Below are positions 1-9,120 of a stretch of DNA of 64,000 bases, one piece after another (the stretch's first letter is position 1; each line of letters opens with the position of its first letter). Origin of the DNA: Bacteroidales bacterium (GTDB taxonomy: Bacteria > Bacteroidota > Bacteroidia > Bacteroidales > JAIOZK01); contig JAIOZK010000002.1 of assembly GCA_021740625.1 (NCBI GenBank), positions 169,942-233,941 on the forward strand. Reading direction: 5' to 3'. The position numbers and the translations under genes were made by a program. The notes beneath the pieces were generated by a model. It had not been told where the DNA came from and did not search any database. It saw only the letters and a program-made list of their open reading frames with translations.

Positions 1-2516
1 ATGATCAGCAAAGGTGTATTGATATCCGGGGCCATAAACAAGGGTGAATTCTGTATATAATGCCATGGTTTTTCCCAGAGTGTTCCTCCGATCCTGCTCT
101 GACTATCTTCATACTGGAACATCCGGCTCATACCTGATCCCCAGCGGATGCCGCCATAAGCACTGGTCATATTACTCACCGGGGCTCCTGCCTCAGCGGC
201 TGCAAAGAGATCCGTTTGTGTGACGAGGTATGCCACCTGATATCCGCCCCAGCTCTGGCCCTGAATGCCAAGTTTGTCTTCGTTTACCCAGGGTTCTTCC
301 AGGAGTTTCATCGTTCCGCTCATGATGGCGTCGTAAGCGCTCTGCCCTGGATACCCAGTGGTGTATTTGATATCCGGAATAAAGATCAGATAATCATTGC
401 TTACATAATAGGAAAAGTTGATGACCGAACGACTGGGTTTTGGCTCGTAATGCCTGTGCAGCCGGTCGGAGTATGTTTCATAAAAATAAACGATCATGGG
501 GTATTTTTTCCCCGGGTCAAAATCTTCCGGTTTGTAGAGGATGCCCTCCAGTGGTCTGCCATCCAGGGATGTCCATTCAATCAATTCTGCCGTTCCCCAT
601 TTGTAATGCTTTTGTTGCGGATTGGCATGGGTGATCTGTTTTGTGTTTCTAAAGTTGAGATCGCTGATCCAGAGATCCGGGAATTTTTCAAAGCTTTCTT
701 TGGCGTAAACAAAAGTATTGGCATCTTTCGCTTTCTTGAGTCCGGTAAAACGATAGTCCTGAAGGATTTGCTTTTCAAGTTCTTTGTTTTCAGGATAGAA
801 GTAATAATACCCGGAGGCTTTTGTTTTTTCATTAAAAGCTGAGAGCAGTAAGCTGTCATCCATTTTGATGAAGCGGGCTTCGGGATCCGTTTTCACATAA
901 CGGAAACGCATTTCATTTGCTCTCCCATTTGTGAGCTTTTGTGCTTGCTCCTTACCATCGGGATCGAATTTCCAGATATCGTAACGGTCATAAATCAATA
1001 CATATTCATCATTCTCTGTCCAGCCCGCTATTCCATAAGAGTTGGGTTCATAGGCCAGGTCGAATTCTTCATCATAGAAATTAGTTTCCATCCCGCAACT
1101 CAGGCAGTGAAAGTTGTCTTTGGTAATATCATATACATTCCACGAGCTGTCAGTTGCCGCGTACCATAAAATATAGTTTTCGCCCGGAGAAAATATGGAG
1201 CGCGACTGAACCTTTTTAAGCACTTTTTTCTTTTCTCCTGATGCTTGATCAATGACATAAACATCATGGTAATTGGCTGCATTCCATGAGATTTGTTTCA
1301 GGTAAGGAACCTTTGTTTTTCCCATGGCATATTCACCCTTTGATTTGAGGTGCACATTCACATTTCGAACCAGTGTGTCTTCAAGCATAATCACTCTGTC
1401 ATTTTTCAGGTGGTACACTGAAAGGTAATTCCGTTCTCTCTCCCTTTTCAGCCTTTTCAGTTGATGCGATTGCAGCAAAGGATCTTTCCAATTCCAGATA
1501 TCGATGCTGACTTTTTCCTCCTTGGTGAGTGTGTCTTCAGGCTCAGGTTCGGGACTGGGGGCAATACCGAAGTACATGCGCCTGTTGTCTTCAGAAAATG
1601 AGATGTTTCCATGTTCACTCACCGACCAGTTAGGCGGAAGAAAGGAATGATCGCTGGGGATCAGTTTTTCCACTTCATCATCTTCCCAATGGTATAGATC
1701 ATAAATTTTAACATCTCCTGTATCAGCCGAAAAGATAAACCCGAGCATATCACCGCTATCATTTAGTCTTGCCTTTTTGGCTTTACCGATTCCGGAAAAA
1801 ACATTCCTGGTTTTCATGGATGTCGTTTCAAAAAGGATGACGGCCGTAGAATCTATTGAATCATTTAGCGACCTGATAAAGACCAGGCTTTCACCGTTCT
1901 TCGAAAAGCTATATTCTTCCGTACTCTCAAAGGTGAATGATTCACCCCCGGCCGGATGAAGGATATGCAGGTCGTATTGCTTTTGATTGGCTTTCTTTTT
2001 CGCTTTAACCTTTGTTGAATCATTTGATTCGGTGGAATCTGCTTTTGCTTCCCGGTGTTTCTGCAGAAAAGCAAGCCAGTCATTTTTCTCCCGGGGCATT
2101 TTAAAGGATTTTACATCGGGAAAGCTTAGCAGGCTGTCATTTGCCAGGAACCATATCCCGAGGCTGTCCTTGGGCATTTTTTCTTTCTTGACCTTTTTCA
2201 GCTTCATTTGCCGTATGGTATCGAACTGAGGCTTGATCTTGAAGACCAGGATGTTTGAACCCGGTGAGAATTTAGCATCAAAGCCTCTTGCAATGCTATC
2301 TGTGTTTCCTGTATGGGTATTGTAAAGCATCAATTGGCCATCTCCCTTCTGGGGATTCAGTTCATAGGATATCCAATGTGCATCCTTTGATATCCTGACA
2401 TTTTCAATGTTTTTCCAGGAGTCGTAAACACTGTGGTTGAGTGGTTTTTTCTTTGATGGCTGAGCATTTGTGAAAAGAAAAATAACACAACTGAGGGATA
2501 AAAACAAATAACGCAT
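1..2516 (-). CDS. S9 family serine peptidase (prolyl oligopeptidase / dipeptidyl-peptidase-like); 3' end cut by window edge
   Basis: It is absent from the ORF track because it runs off the window. Manual minus-strand translation from the ATG at 2514-2516 gives the signal peptide MRYLFLSLSCVIFLFTNAQ and a long propeller-like N-terminal part. The catalytic region has the nucleophile elbow GQSWGGY (nt 240-260), followed by SAYGGIRWGSGMSRMFQYE...NSPLFMAPDINTPLLI. Confidence 0.8.
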   Translation of the reverse strand, partial: MRYLFLSLSCVIFLFTNAQPSKKKPLNHSVYDSWKNIENVRISKDAHWISYELNPQKGDGQLMLYNTHTGNTDSIARGFDAKFSPGSNILVFKIKPQFDTIRQMKLKKVKKEKMPKDSLGIWFLANDSLLSFPDVKSFKMPREKNDWLAFLQKHREAKADSTESNDSTKVKAKKKANQKQYDLHILHPAGGESFTFESTEEYSFSKNGESLVFIRSLNDSIDSTAVILFETTSMKTRNVFSGIGKAKKARLNDSGDMLGFIFSADTGDVKIYDLYHWEDDEVEKLIPSDHSFLPPNWSVSEHGNISFSEDNRRMYFGIAPSPEPEPEDTLTKEEKVSIDIWNWKDPLLQSHQLKRLKRERERNYLSVYHLKNDRVIMLEDTLVRNVNVHLKSKGEYAMGKTKVPYLKQISWNAANYHDVYVIDQASGEKKKVLKKVQSRSIFSPGENYILWYAATDSSWNVYDITKDNFHCLSCGMETNFYDEEFDLAYEPNSYGIAGWTENDEYVLIYDRYDIWKFDPDGKEQAQKLTNGRANEMRFRYVKTDPEARFIKMDDSLLLSAFNEKTKASGYYYFYPENKELEKQILQDYRFTGLKKAKDANTFVYAKESFEKFPDLWISDLNFRNTKQITHANPQQKHYKWGTAELIEWTSLDGRPLEGILYKPEDFDPGKKYPMIVYFYETYSDRLHRHYEPKPSRSVINFSYYVSNDYLIFIPDIKYTTGYPGQSAYDAIMSGTMKLLEEPWVNEDKLGIQGQSWGGYQVAYLVTQTDLFAAAEAGAPVSNMTSAYGGIRWGSGMSRMFQYEDSQSRIGGTLWEKPWHYIQNSPLFMAPDINTPLLI

Positions 2517-2561
2517 ATTAGATGTATTAAGCAAAAAAATATAAATTAATTACTGAATTGA

Positions 2562-2591
2562 ATTTCAAAGGTACCTATTCTTCTTTGAAAT
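2562..2591 (-). terminator. Candidate terminator hairpin downstream of the R-M gene pair
   Basis: Perfect 9-bp inverted repeat ATTTCAAAG (2562-2570) / CTTTGAAAT (2583-2591) with a 12-nt loop, 33 nt past the methyltransferase stop. A T-run on the minus strand appears only about 20 nt further on, so this is weak. Confidence 0.3.
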
Positions 2592-2623
2592 ATTTGAGCT
2601 GGTGTGACTTTATCAATTTAATA

Positions 2624-3319
2624 TTATTCTGTAATATCGGATTTTTTGATTTCAAATTCATTGATATCAAACAGGTATCTAACCATCTCCTTTTTCCTTT
2701 GCAAGGATTTACTATTGTGAGCATAGGTATCCCAAGAAGGTTCGTAATCATTGGACTGATTGCCCCAAACTTCCCATCCTTTTTTTGCCCCACGTGCAAA
2801 CATTTCAAGAAATGGCGCAGGACTGCATCTTTCAATTATATCATATTGTTCGTCTGGTTTTCTTGAATGTTCTTGTTTTCGGCTTTTAATAATGTTCACT
2901 TGACTGCGTGCCGGTCCAAGAGTCCTGAGTTTACCTCTGATTCCGAACAATATAATCTCAGTTGTATTCCTGAAATAAAAACCTACACCTCTTCCATCAG
3001 GACCACCATCTTTGCGTACCTTGTGCCAGATTATATTGGTTTTATATTCAAATCCCCAGCATTCCATAACCTCAAGGCCTTCCTTTAACAAAGCATTGGG
3101 AACCCATAAATAAAGATGACTTTGTTCCTTCATTGCTTCTTCCACAGGTATTTCCTTTATTTCATCAAGGCTCAGCGTTGGGTACCTTTGCAAACGTTTA
3201 TGCTCCGGAGCAACCTTTCCGGTTCTGTTTGTGAACTGCCATGGTGGATCGGCTAAAACCGTTCCGTAAAAATTCTTCCTTACTTTTTTGCGAAAATTAT
3301 CTTTTGCAGTTTCTTTCAT
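2624..3319 (-). CDS. MT-A70 family DNA methyltransferase (N6-adenine type), modification subunit of a type II R-M pair
   Basis: 231-aa ORF with the catalytic motif VLADPPWQF (DPPW) near the N-terminus, typical of the MT-A70 family. Its start abuts the stop of the upstream nuclease gene with zero gap. Confidence 0.8.
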   Translation of the reverse strand: MKETAKDNFRKKVRKNFYGTVLADPPWQFTNRTGKVAPEHKRLQRYPTLSLDEIKEIPVEEAMKEQSHLYLWVPNALLKEGLEVMECWGFEYKTNIIWHKVRKDGGPDGRGVGFYFRNTTEIILFGIRGKLRTLGPARSQVNIIKSRKQEHSRKPDEQYDIIERCSPAPFLEMFARGAKKGWEVWGNQSNDYEPSWDTYAHNSKSLQRKKEMVRYLFDINEFEIKKSDITE

Positions 3320-3910
3320 TTAGCAATCCTCGTTGTATAAGTTTTTTGTTATTCCGATAACCAGAATCGGACAACCTGCTCCACCGCCACCTTCAATTCT
3401 GGGTAAAAGCTTCGACATATGGGTTGTTGATGCTCCATATGATTTCCCTCTACCAAGATCTTCGAAAATTTGTTGTAATTCATCACATCTTGTAATGATC
3501 ACGCCCACACTTATTGCCCTCAAATCAAAAAGCAAACGAAAATTATTTAAATCTCTGTCGTAAAATGGATCTTTATTATTCCACTCAATTTCCAGTGCAA
3601 TCCTGTTTTTAAAGCAATCGACTTTATGTGTTGGAGAATTCATAAGATATTCATCAACTTGTACTGAAGTATCAAATTCTTTCTCCACCCATCCTCGTGA
3701 TTCAAGGAATCCATCAATGAAGTTAGCAACTTTAGATTTTTGTCCACCTCCAACTTCTATCCAGCTTTTACAAAGTGAAAAATTATTTAGTACATCAATG
3801 ATATCCTTGAATTCATTGGGAAAATCATTATATAAAATTGCCAGCGAGTGTTTCCACTCATGTATTTCATAGTTTCTCCGAATGTTTTCCTTCAGTATTT
3901 CTATACCCAT
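3320..3910 (-). CDS. Type II restriction endonuclease, BglII/BamHI-like fold (candidate)
   Basis: 196-aa ORF immediately upstream of the methyltransferase. The segment HKVDCFKNRIALEIEWNNKD has a D-(9 residues)-E-x-E spacing. As I recall it, this matches the BglII active-site arrangement D84/E93/Q95 (DIDFGKRDTLVEVQFSN). Confidence 0.6.
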   Translation of the reverse strand: MGIEILKENIRRNYEIHEWKHSLAILYNDFPNEFKDIIDVLNNFSLCKSWIEVGGGQKSKVANFIDGFLESRGWVEKEFDTSVQVDEYLMNSPTHKVDCFKNRIALEIEWNNKDPFYDRDLNNFRLLFDLRAISVGVIITRCDELQQIFEDLGRGKSYGASTTHMSKLLPRIEGGGGAGCPILVIGITKNLYNEDC

Positions 3911-4144
3911 TATCCAATGCGGACTTTTATGTCAAAGTTGATATAAATGATCTTAAAAACAAAGATATTTTATTTCATTTTTTAAAGAACATATTAACAA
4001 AGAAAGAATGCTTTTATCTTTAATTCCTTTTTAAGGATGATTGTCACATAAATTTTAATTATTTTTTAAAATTTCGCATACATTAAATGCAAATTAATTT
4101 TTTGTTATTTAATCATTTATATAGAACGGGTTTAAATTATTGAG

Positions 4145-4152
4145 TAAATTTG
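4145..4152 (+). promoter_or_regulatory. Candidate Bacteroidota -7 promoter box (TAnnTTTG) for the alpha-glucan operon
   Basis: Exact match TAAATTTG, 46 nt upstream of the ATG at 4198, in an AT-rich 287-bp intergenic region. No clear -33 TTTG at ideal spacing. Confidence 0.3.
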
Positions 4153-4197
4153 CAAATTCAAATACCGGATTTTCAAAATCAATATAAATACTTATAA

Positions 4198-6156
4198 ATG
4201 AGCTATATTAAGTTCGATAAATCAAAGCTGATCAACCTGGAATATTCGCTTTCGAAAGAGCTGGTGAGAACCAGTCGTTCTGGCGCATACGCTTCTACAA
4301 CACTGGTAGGATGCAATACGCGTAAATATCACGGTTTGCTGGTTGCGCCTCAGCCAGGAATAGATCATGATTTGCACGTGTTGTTGTCGAATCTGGATGT
4401 AACTGTGATGCAGCGGGAGGCCGAATTTAACCTCGGGCTTCACAAATTTCCCGGAAATGTTTATAATCCCAGGGGGCATAAATACGTCAGGGACTTTGAG
4501 GCAGATCCTATCCCCAGAATAACCTACCGTTTGGGTGGAGTTGTGTTGAGCATGGAGCGCCTTTTCCATACCCATGATGAAAGGATCATGATCAAATATA
4601 CACTGCTTGAGGCACATTCTCCCACAAAATTGCGTTTTAAGCCGTTTCTGGCATTCCGCAACATTCATGCATTGACCCGTGAAAACGTTTATTTTAATAA
4701 TAAGTATCATCAGGTTAAGAATGGTATTCAGGTAGAAATGTATGAGGGTTATACACCTCTGTTTATGCAGTTTTCAAAAGGAACGGAATATACGCATGTT
4801 CCCGACTGGTACTATAATATTGAGTATTTCCGCGAGCAGGAAAGAGGTTACGATTACCAGGAAGACCTTTACGTACCGGGTTTTTTTGAAACATCCATTA
4901 AAAAAGGTGAAAGCATAGTTTTTTCTGCTGGTCTCAGGCAGGCGCATGCACCATCCCTGAAAAGAATATTTGATGCTGAAATAGCCAAACGGGTACCCAG
5001 AAGCAATTTTGAAAATTGTCTGATCAATTCTGCTCAGCAATTGCTTATCAAGCAGGGAAGCGAAAGCAGTGTAATTGCTGGTCTTCCCTGGCATGGAATG
5101 CATGGAAGGGATACATTTGTTGCCCTGCCAGGGCTAACCCTGGTAAAGCGCGATTATAAAATGTTCCGCGCTGTTGTGAAAAGCATGAGCGAAATGATGA
5201 ACGGACCACTATTCCCCAGCCATCGAGAAGGCAGGGAGTTAAAATATCATTCCATCGATGCCTCCCTCTGGTTTATCTGGGCTTTACAACAATATTATAT
5301 CATTTCGGGTAATAGAGCAAAGATCTGGAAAGATTACGGCAAGCTGATCAAAAAGATCCTGAACGGATATAGGAAAGGAACTGACTTTGGCTTTGGCATG
5401 GACAAGGATTCTTTGATCAGTTCTTATTCGGATTTATACGGCCTGACATGGATGAACGCACGGGTCAATGATAAACCCGTTACTCCCAGAAATGGCAAAG
5501 CAGTCGAAATCAATGCACTTTGGTACAATGCCGTTTGTTTTGCACTGGAACTGGCTGAGAAGGAGAAAGACCAGGCATTTGCAAAGCAGTGGAAAACGAC
5601 ACCGGAAAAGATAAGGAATTCATTCATCGGGCTGTTCTGGGATCAGGATAAGGCTTTTCTGGCCGATTTTGCAGATGGGGCCAGGAAGTCATGGGATGTA
5701 CGCCCCAATCAGATCATCGCTGTTTCGCTCCGGTATTCTCCCCTGAGCGATCTGATGAAAAGAAATGTCCTCTATGTAGTCGAAAAAGAATTGCTGACAC
5801 CTCGGGGACTCCGTTCATTATCACCTAAGAATAAAGCATATAAAGGTAACTGTGAAGGCAATGAAAACGAACGGTCTGCAAGGCTCCACCAGGGAACGGC
5901 CTGGCCATGGCTGCTTGGACACTATGCCGAAGCAAAGTTTAACCTGGATGGTAATAAGGCCCTTCAGGAAATTCAAAAAATTTATTCCGGCTTTGAAGCA
6001 GAAATGCCGGAAGACGGAATCGGCAGCATATCGGAATATTATGCCGGTGATCCGCCATACAAGGCCGGTGGTGCTATTTCACAGGCATGGAATGTTGCTG
6101 AATTGCTGAGAATGCAATGGTTGATCAATCAAAATAAAAATAAGAAGGAGGAATAG
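4198..6156 (+). CDS. Glycogen debranching enzyme (amylo-alpha-1,6-glucosidase family, archaeal/bacterial GDE type)
   Basis: 652 aa. The N-terminus RTSRSGAYASTTLVGCNTRKYHGLLVAP is typical of the GDE N-terminal domain. The C-terminal (alpha/alpha)6-like region contains GLTWMNA...GKAVEINALWYNA...HQGTAWPWLLG. It is the first gene of the glucan operon. Confidence 0.85.
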   Translation: MSYIKFDKSKLINLEYSLSKELVRTSRSGAYASTTLVGCNTRKYHGLLVAPQPGIDHDLHVLLSNLDVTVMQREAEFNLGLHKFPGNVYNPRGHKYVRDFEADPIPRITYRLGGVVLSMERLFHTHDERIMIKYTLLEAHSPTKLRFKPFLAFRNIHALTRENVYFNNKYHQVKNGIQVEMYEGYTPLFMQFSKGTEYTHVPDWYYNIEYFREQERGYDYQEDLYVPGFFETSIKKGESIVFSAGLRQAHAPSLKRIFDAEIAKRVPRSNFENCLINSAQQLLIKQGSESSVIAGLPWHGMHGRDTFVALPGLTLVKRDYKMFRAVVKSMSEMMNGPLFPSHREGRELKYHSIDASLWFIWALQQYYIISGNRAKIWKDYGKLIKKILNGYRKGTDFGFGMDKDSLISSYSDLYGLTWMNARVNDKPVTPRNGKAVEINALWYNAVCFALELAEKEKDQAFAKQWKTTPEKIRNSFIGLFWDQDKAFLADFADGARKSWDVRPNQIIAVSLRYSPLSDLMKRNVLYVVEKELLTPRGLRSLSPKNKAYKGNCEGNENERSARLHQGTAWPWLLGHYAEAKFNLDGNKALQEIQKIYSGFEAEMPEDGIGSISEYYAGDPPYKAGGAISQAWNVAELLRMQWLINQNKNKKEE

Positions 6157-6159
6157 CAG

Positions 6160-7443
6160 ATGAAGGTTTTGATGTTTGGTTGGGAATTTCCACCCCATAT
6201 TACTGGGGGACTTGGAACTGCCTGTTTTGGATTGACAAAGGGATTGGCAAAACACAATGTGGATGTACAGTTTGTTGTGCCCAAAGCTTATGGTGATGAA
6301 AACCAGGAAGCTGTTCGCCTGCTTAGTGCCAGTGATGTTGAGATCGATGTGGAGGACCAGGAATACAAAGATTACTGGAATAGGATCTCCTACATGGAAA
6401 TTGGATCGAATATTATTCCTTATGTGGGGCCGGAAGAATTTAAAAAGCTGGTCGAAGAAAGTGAATTGAAAAAGGAACTGGCAGGCAGCAGTGTATTTAC
6501 ACGGAAATATAATTTCAGTGGTAAATACGGAAAGGACTTGCTGGAGGAAGTTTCCAGGTATGCCCTTATCGGTTCGGCCATCGCGGGAAAAAGCCATTTT
6601 GATGTTATTCACGCCCACGACTGGTTGACTTATCCTGCCGGGATCGCTGCAAAATACATCAGCGGAAAACCCCTCGTCGTTCATATGCATGCCACAGAAT
6701 ACGATCGCAGTGGTGAGAATATTAACCAGAGTGTTTTTGAGATCGAGAAAAAGGGAATGATGGAAGCTGACCGGGTTATTACCGTCAGCAATCTGACCCG
6801 GAAAACCGTTATCGAGAAATACGGCATCGATCCGAACAAGATCATAACAATTTACAATGCAGTTGAACCATCAGATAAAAGCCATCTTGCAGAGATCAGC
6901 AAAGCTGTGCCCGAAAAGATCGTGACTTTTCTTGGCAGGATTACCTTCCAGAAAGGCCCTGATTATTTTGTAGAGGCCGCTCACAAGGTGATCAAAAAGG
7001 ATCCCAATGTACGATTTGTCATGGCAGGAACCGGTGATATGATGAACAGGATGGTGAAACGCGTTGCGGAATTGCGCATAGGAACAAAATTCCACTTTAC
7101 AGGTTTTTTGAAAGGTCCCGATGTTGACAGGATGCTGGCGCAAAGCGATGTATTCGTTATGCCATCGGTTTCTGAACCCTTCGGGATTGTGCCCCTGGAG
7201 GCCATGCGATCGAATGTTCCGGTAGTCATCTCAAGGCAGTCGGGCGTTGCTGAAATTCTGAAACATGCCCTGAAAGTTGATTTCTGGGATGTGGACGCCA
7301 TGGCCGACTGTATTTACGGACTCATCAATTATGATGGTTTGTCGAAAATGTTTCGCCGTTACGGCAAAGATGAAGTGGATAGCCTGAAATGGGAAAATGC
7401 AGCCTATCATACGAAAAATGTATATTCTAGTTTATTAAATTAA
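6160..7443 (+). CDS. GT4-family glycosyltransferase, glycogen-synthase-like
   Basis: 427 aa. N-terminus MKVLMFGWEFPPHITGGLGTAC and C-terminal motif SEPFGIVPLEAMRSNVPVV (the E-x7-E region of retaining GT-B enzymes). Only 3 nt separate it from the debranching-enzyme gene. Confidence 0.8.
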   Translation: MKVLMFGWEFPPHITGGLGTACFGLTKGLAKHNVDVQFVVPKAYGDENQEAVRLLSASDVEIDVEDQEYKDYWNRISYMEIGSNIIPYVGPEEFKKLVEESELKKELAGSSVFTRKYNFSGKYGKDLLEEVSRYALIGSAIAGKSHFDVIHAHDWLTYPAGIAAKYISGKPLVVHMHATEYDRSGENINQSVFEIEKKGMMEADRVITVSNLTRKTVIEKYGIDPNKIITIYNAVEPSDKSHLAEISKAVPEKIVTFLGRITFQKGPDYFVEAAHKVIKKDPNVRFVMAGTGDMMNRMVKRVAELRIGTKFHFTGFLKGPDVDRMLAQSDVFVMPSVSEPFGIVPLEAMRSNVPVVISRQSGVAEILKHALKVDFWDVDAMADCIYGLINYDGLSKMFRRYGKDEVDSLKWENAAYHTKNVYSSLLN

Positions 7444-7458
7444 AATCCTGAGGAATCA

Positions 7459-9036
7459 ATGAGATCTATTTGCTTTTATTTTCAAGTACATCAGCCTTAT
7501 CGTTTGAGAACCTATCGCTTTTTCGACATTGGCGAAAGGCATGATTATTTTGATGAGATCAACAATGCGCTTATATTAAAAAGGGTTGCCGAAAAATGTT
7601 ACCTTCCAGCAAATGAAACCATTTACAACCTGATCAAAAAGTTCGGTGGCAGGTTCAAGGCCAGCTACTCCATTTCAGGAACAGCAATGGATCAGTTTGA
7701 AAAATTTGCTCCTGAGGTGCTGGATAGTTTTAAAAAACTGGCTTCTACCGGTCATGTGGAGTTTCTGGCAGAAACATACTCCCACAGCCTCTCCTCCCTG
7801 AAAAGCAAAGATGAGTTTTTTAAACAGGTCGATCTGCAGAAAAAACAAATAAAGAAATTTTTTGGCCAGGAGCCCAAAACATTCCGCAACACGGAGTTGA
7901 TCTATTCCGACGGGATTGGTGAAATGGTGGCTGAAATGGGTTTTGATACCATGCTGACGGAAGGAGCAAAACATGTGCTCGGCTGGAAAAGCCCGAATTT
8001 TTTGTATTGCAATGCGATCAATCCGAAACTAAAAATGTTGTTAAAAAATTTCAGCCTGAGTGACGATATTGCCTTCCGCTTTTCTCAGAGAAGCTGGCAG
8101 GACTGGCCCCTCACTGCGGAAAAATTCGCAGGATGGCTGAATCAGATCGACAGCAAACAGGAGATCATAAACCTGTTCATGGATTATGAAACATTCGGAG
8201 AACATCAATGGCCTGAAACGGGAATATTTGATTTCCTGAAAGCCATGCCCGAAAAGGTATTTGAGATGACAGATTTTGGTTTTACAACACCCTCCGAAGC
8301 ATCGGAAAAACTGCAGGTGGTTTCAGCCATTCATGTGCCCTACCCAATATCCTGGGCTGATGAAGAACGAGACCTGACCGCCTGGCTGGGCAATGAACTT
8401 CAGGATGAAGCCTTTGATAAATTGTACCAGATCGAAGAAAAAGTTAAATATTGCTCCGATCCACAGATTCAAAAAGACTGGCATTACCTGCAAACCAGCG
8501 ATCACTTTTATTATATGTGCACCAAATGGTTCTCGGATGGTGATGTGCATAAATATTTTAATCCCTATGGCACGCCCTACGAAGCTTTTATCAATTATAT
8601 GAATGTTTTGAGTGATTTTATCATCCGGGTAGATAAATGTTATGATCCTGTAAAAGCACGGGTAGGAGCATTGAAAGAGCAGGGAACACAGATTGCATCC
8701 AGGGTGAAATCTTCGGCGAAGAAACACACCGACCAATCCCTGAAAAGGATGCGTTCAAAACTGGAAGAACTTAAAGAGGGAGAAGCCGGATTTGAAGAGA
8801 TTGCAAAACTCTCCAATACGCGTTTGAAGGAAGCCCTCAGGAAAATCAATACCAGAGATCTTGTGATCGCCCTGAAAAACTCAAGCAAGGAGCTCAGGGA
8901 AAAGGTATACGGCAATCTTGGTAAGCGGGCCCAGAAAAACTTTGATGAGTTTGAGCGTAAATTCAGGGATGTCAAAAAAACGGATGTTAAAAAACAGCGA
9001 GAAAAGATCATGCGTCAAATTCGAAAGATCTTTTAG
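7459..9036 (+). CDS. Glycoside hydrolase family 57 (alpha-amylase / glucanotransferase type) with C-terminal FliG-C-like domain
   Basis: 525 aa. The N-terminus ICFYFQVHQPYRL...ETYSHS...MDYETFGEHQW is characteristic of GH57. Residues from about 445 to 525 match the FliG C-terminal signature (see finding). Confidence 0.85.
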   Translation: MRSICFYFQVHQPYRLRTYRFFDIGERHDYFDEINNALILKRVAEKCYLPANETIYNLIKKFGGRFKASYSISGTAMDQFEKFAPEVLDSFKKLASTGHVEFLAETYSHSLSSLKSKDEFFKQVDLQKKQIKKFFGQEPKTFRNTELIYSDGIGEMVAEMGFDTMLTEGAKHVLGWKSPNFLYCNAINPKLKMLLKNFSLSDDIAFRFSQRSWQDWPLTAEKFAGWLNQIDSKQEIINLFMDYETFGEHQWPETGIFDFLKAMPEKVFEMTDFGFTTPSEASEKLQVVSAIHVPYPISWADEERDLTAWLGNELQDEAFDKLYQIEEKVKYCSDPQIQKDWHYLQTSDHFYYMCTKWFSDGDVHKYFNPYGTPYEAFINYMNVLSDFIIRVDKCYDPVKARVGALKEQGTQIASRVKSSAKKHTDQSLKRMRSKLEELKEGEAGFEEIAKLSNTRLKEALRKINTRDLVIALKNSSKELREKVYGNLGKRAQKNFDEFERKFRDVKKTDVKKQREKIMRQIRKIF

Positions 9037-9120
9037 TTTTCCCAATTTATTTTTTATTGTAATTACAGTTTCACCTGCAGGGTGAATTATGCTATATGTT
9101 AATGACTAAAAATAATAACG

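Noticed and set aside
216-2229. Plus-strand track ORFs (216..842, 440..634, 939..1169, 1777..1959, 1987..2229) and short minus-strand ORFs in other frames.
   Set aside because: They lie entirely inside, and antisense or out of frame to, the long S9 peptidase reading frame, which has clear catalytic motifs. They have odd composition and no motifs, so they are shadow ORFs.
2440-2520. Suspected frameshift separating the S9 peptidase signal peptide from the mature protein.
   Set aside because: On recounting the coordinates, the ATG at 2514-2516 is in the same frame as the catalytic GQSWGGY region. The apparent shift was my own counting error at a line boundary.
6079-6690. 203-aa minus-strand ORF spanning the debranching-enzyme/GT4 junction.
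   Set aside because: It is antisense to two strongly supported genes, has no motifs, and has a skewed Phe/Ile/His-rich composition typical of shadow frames.
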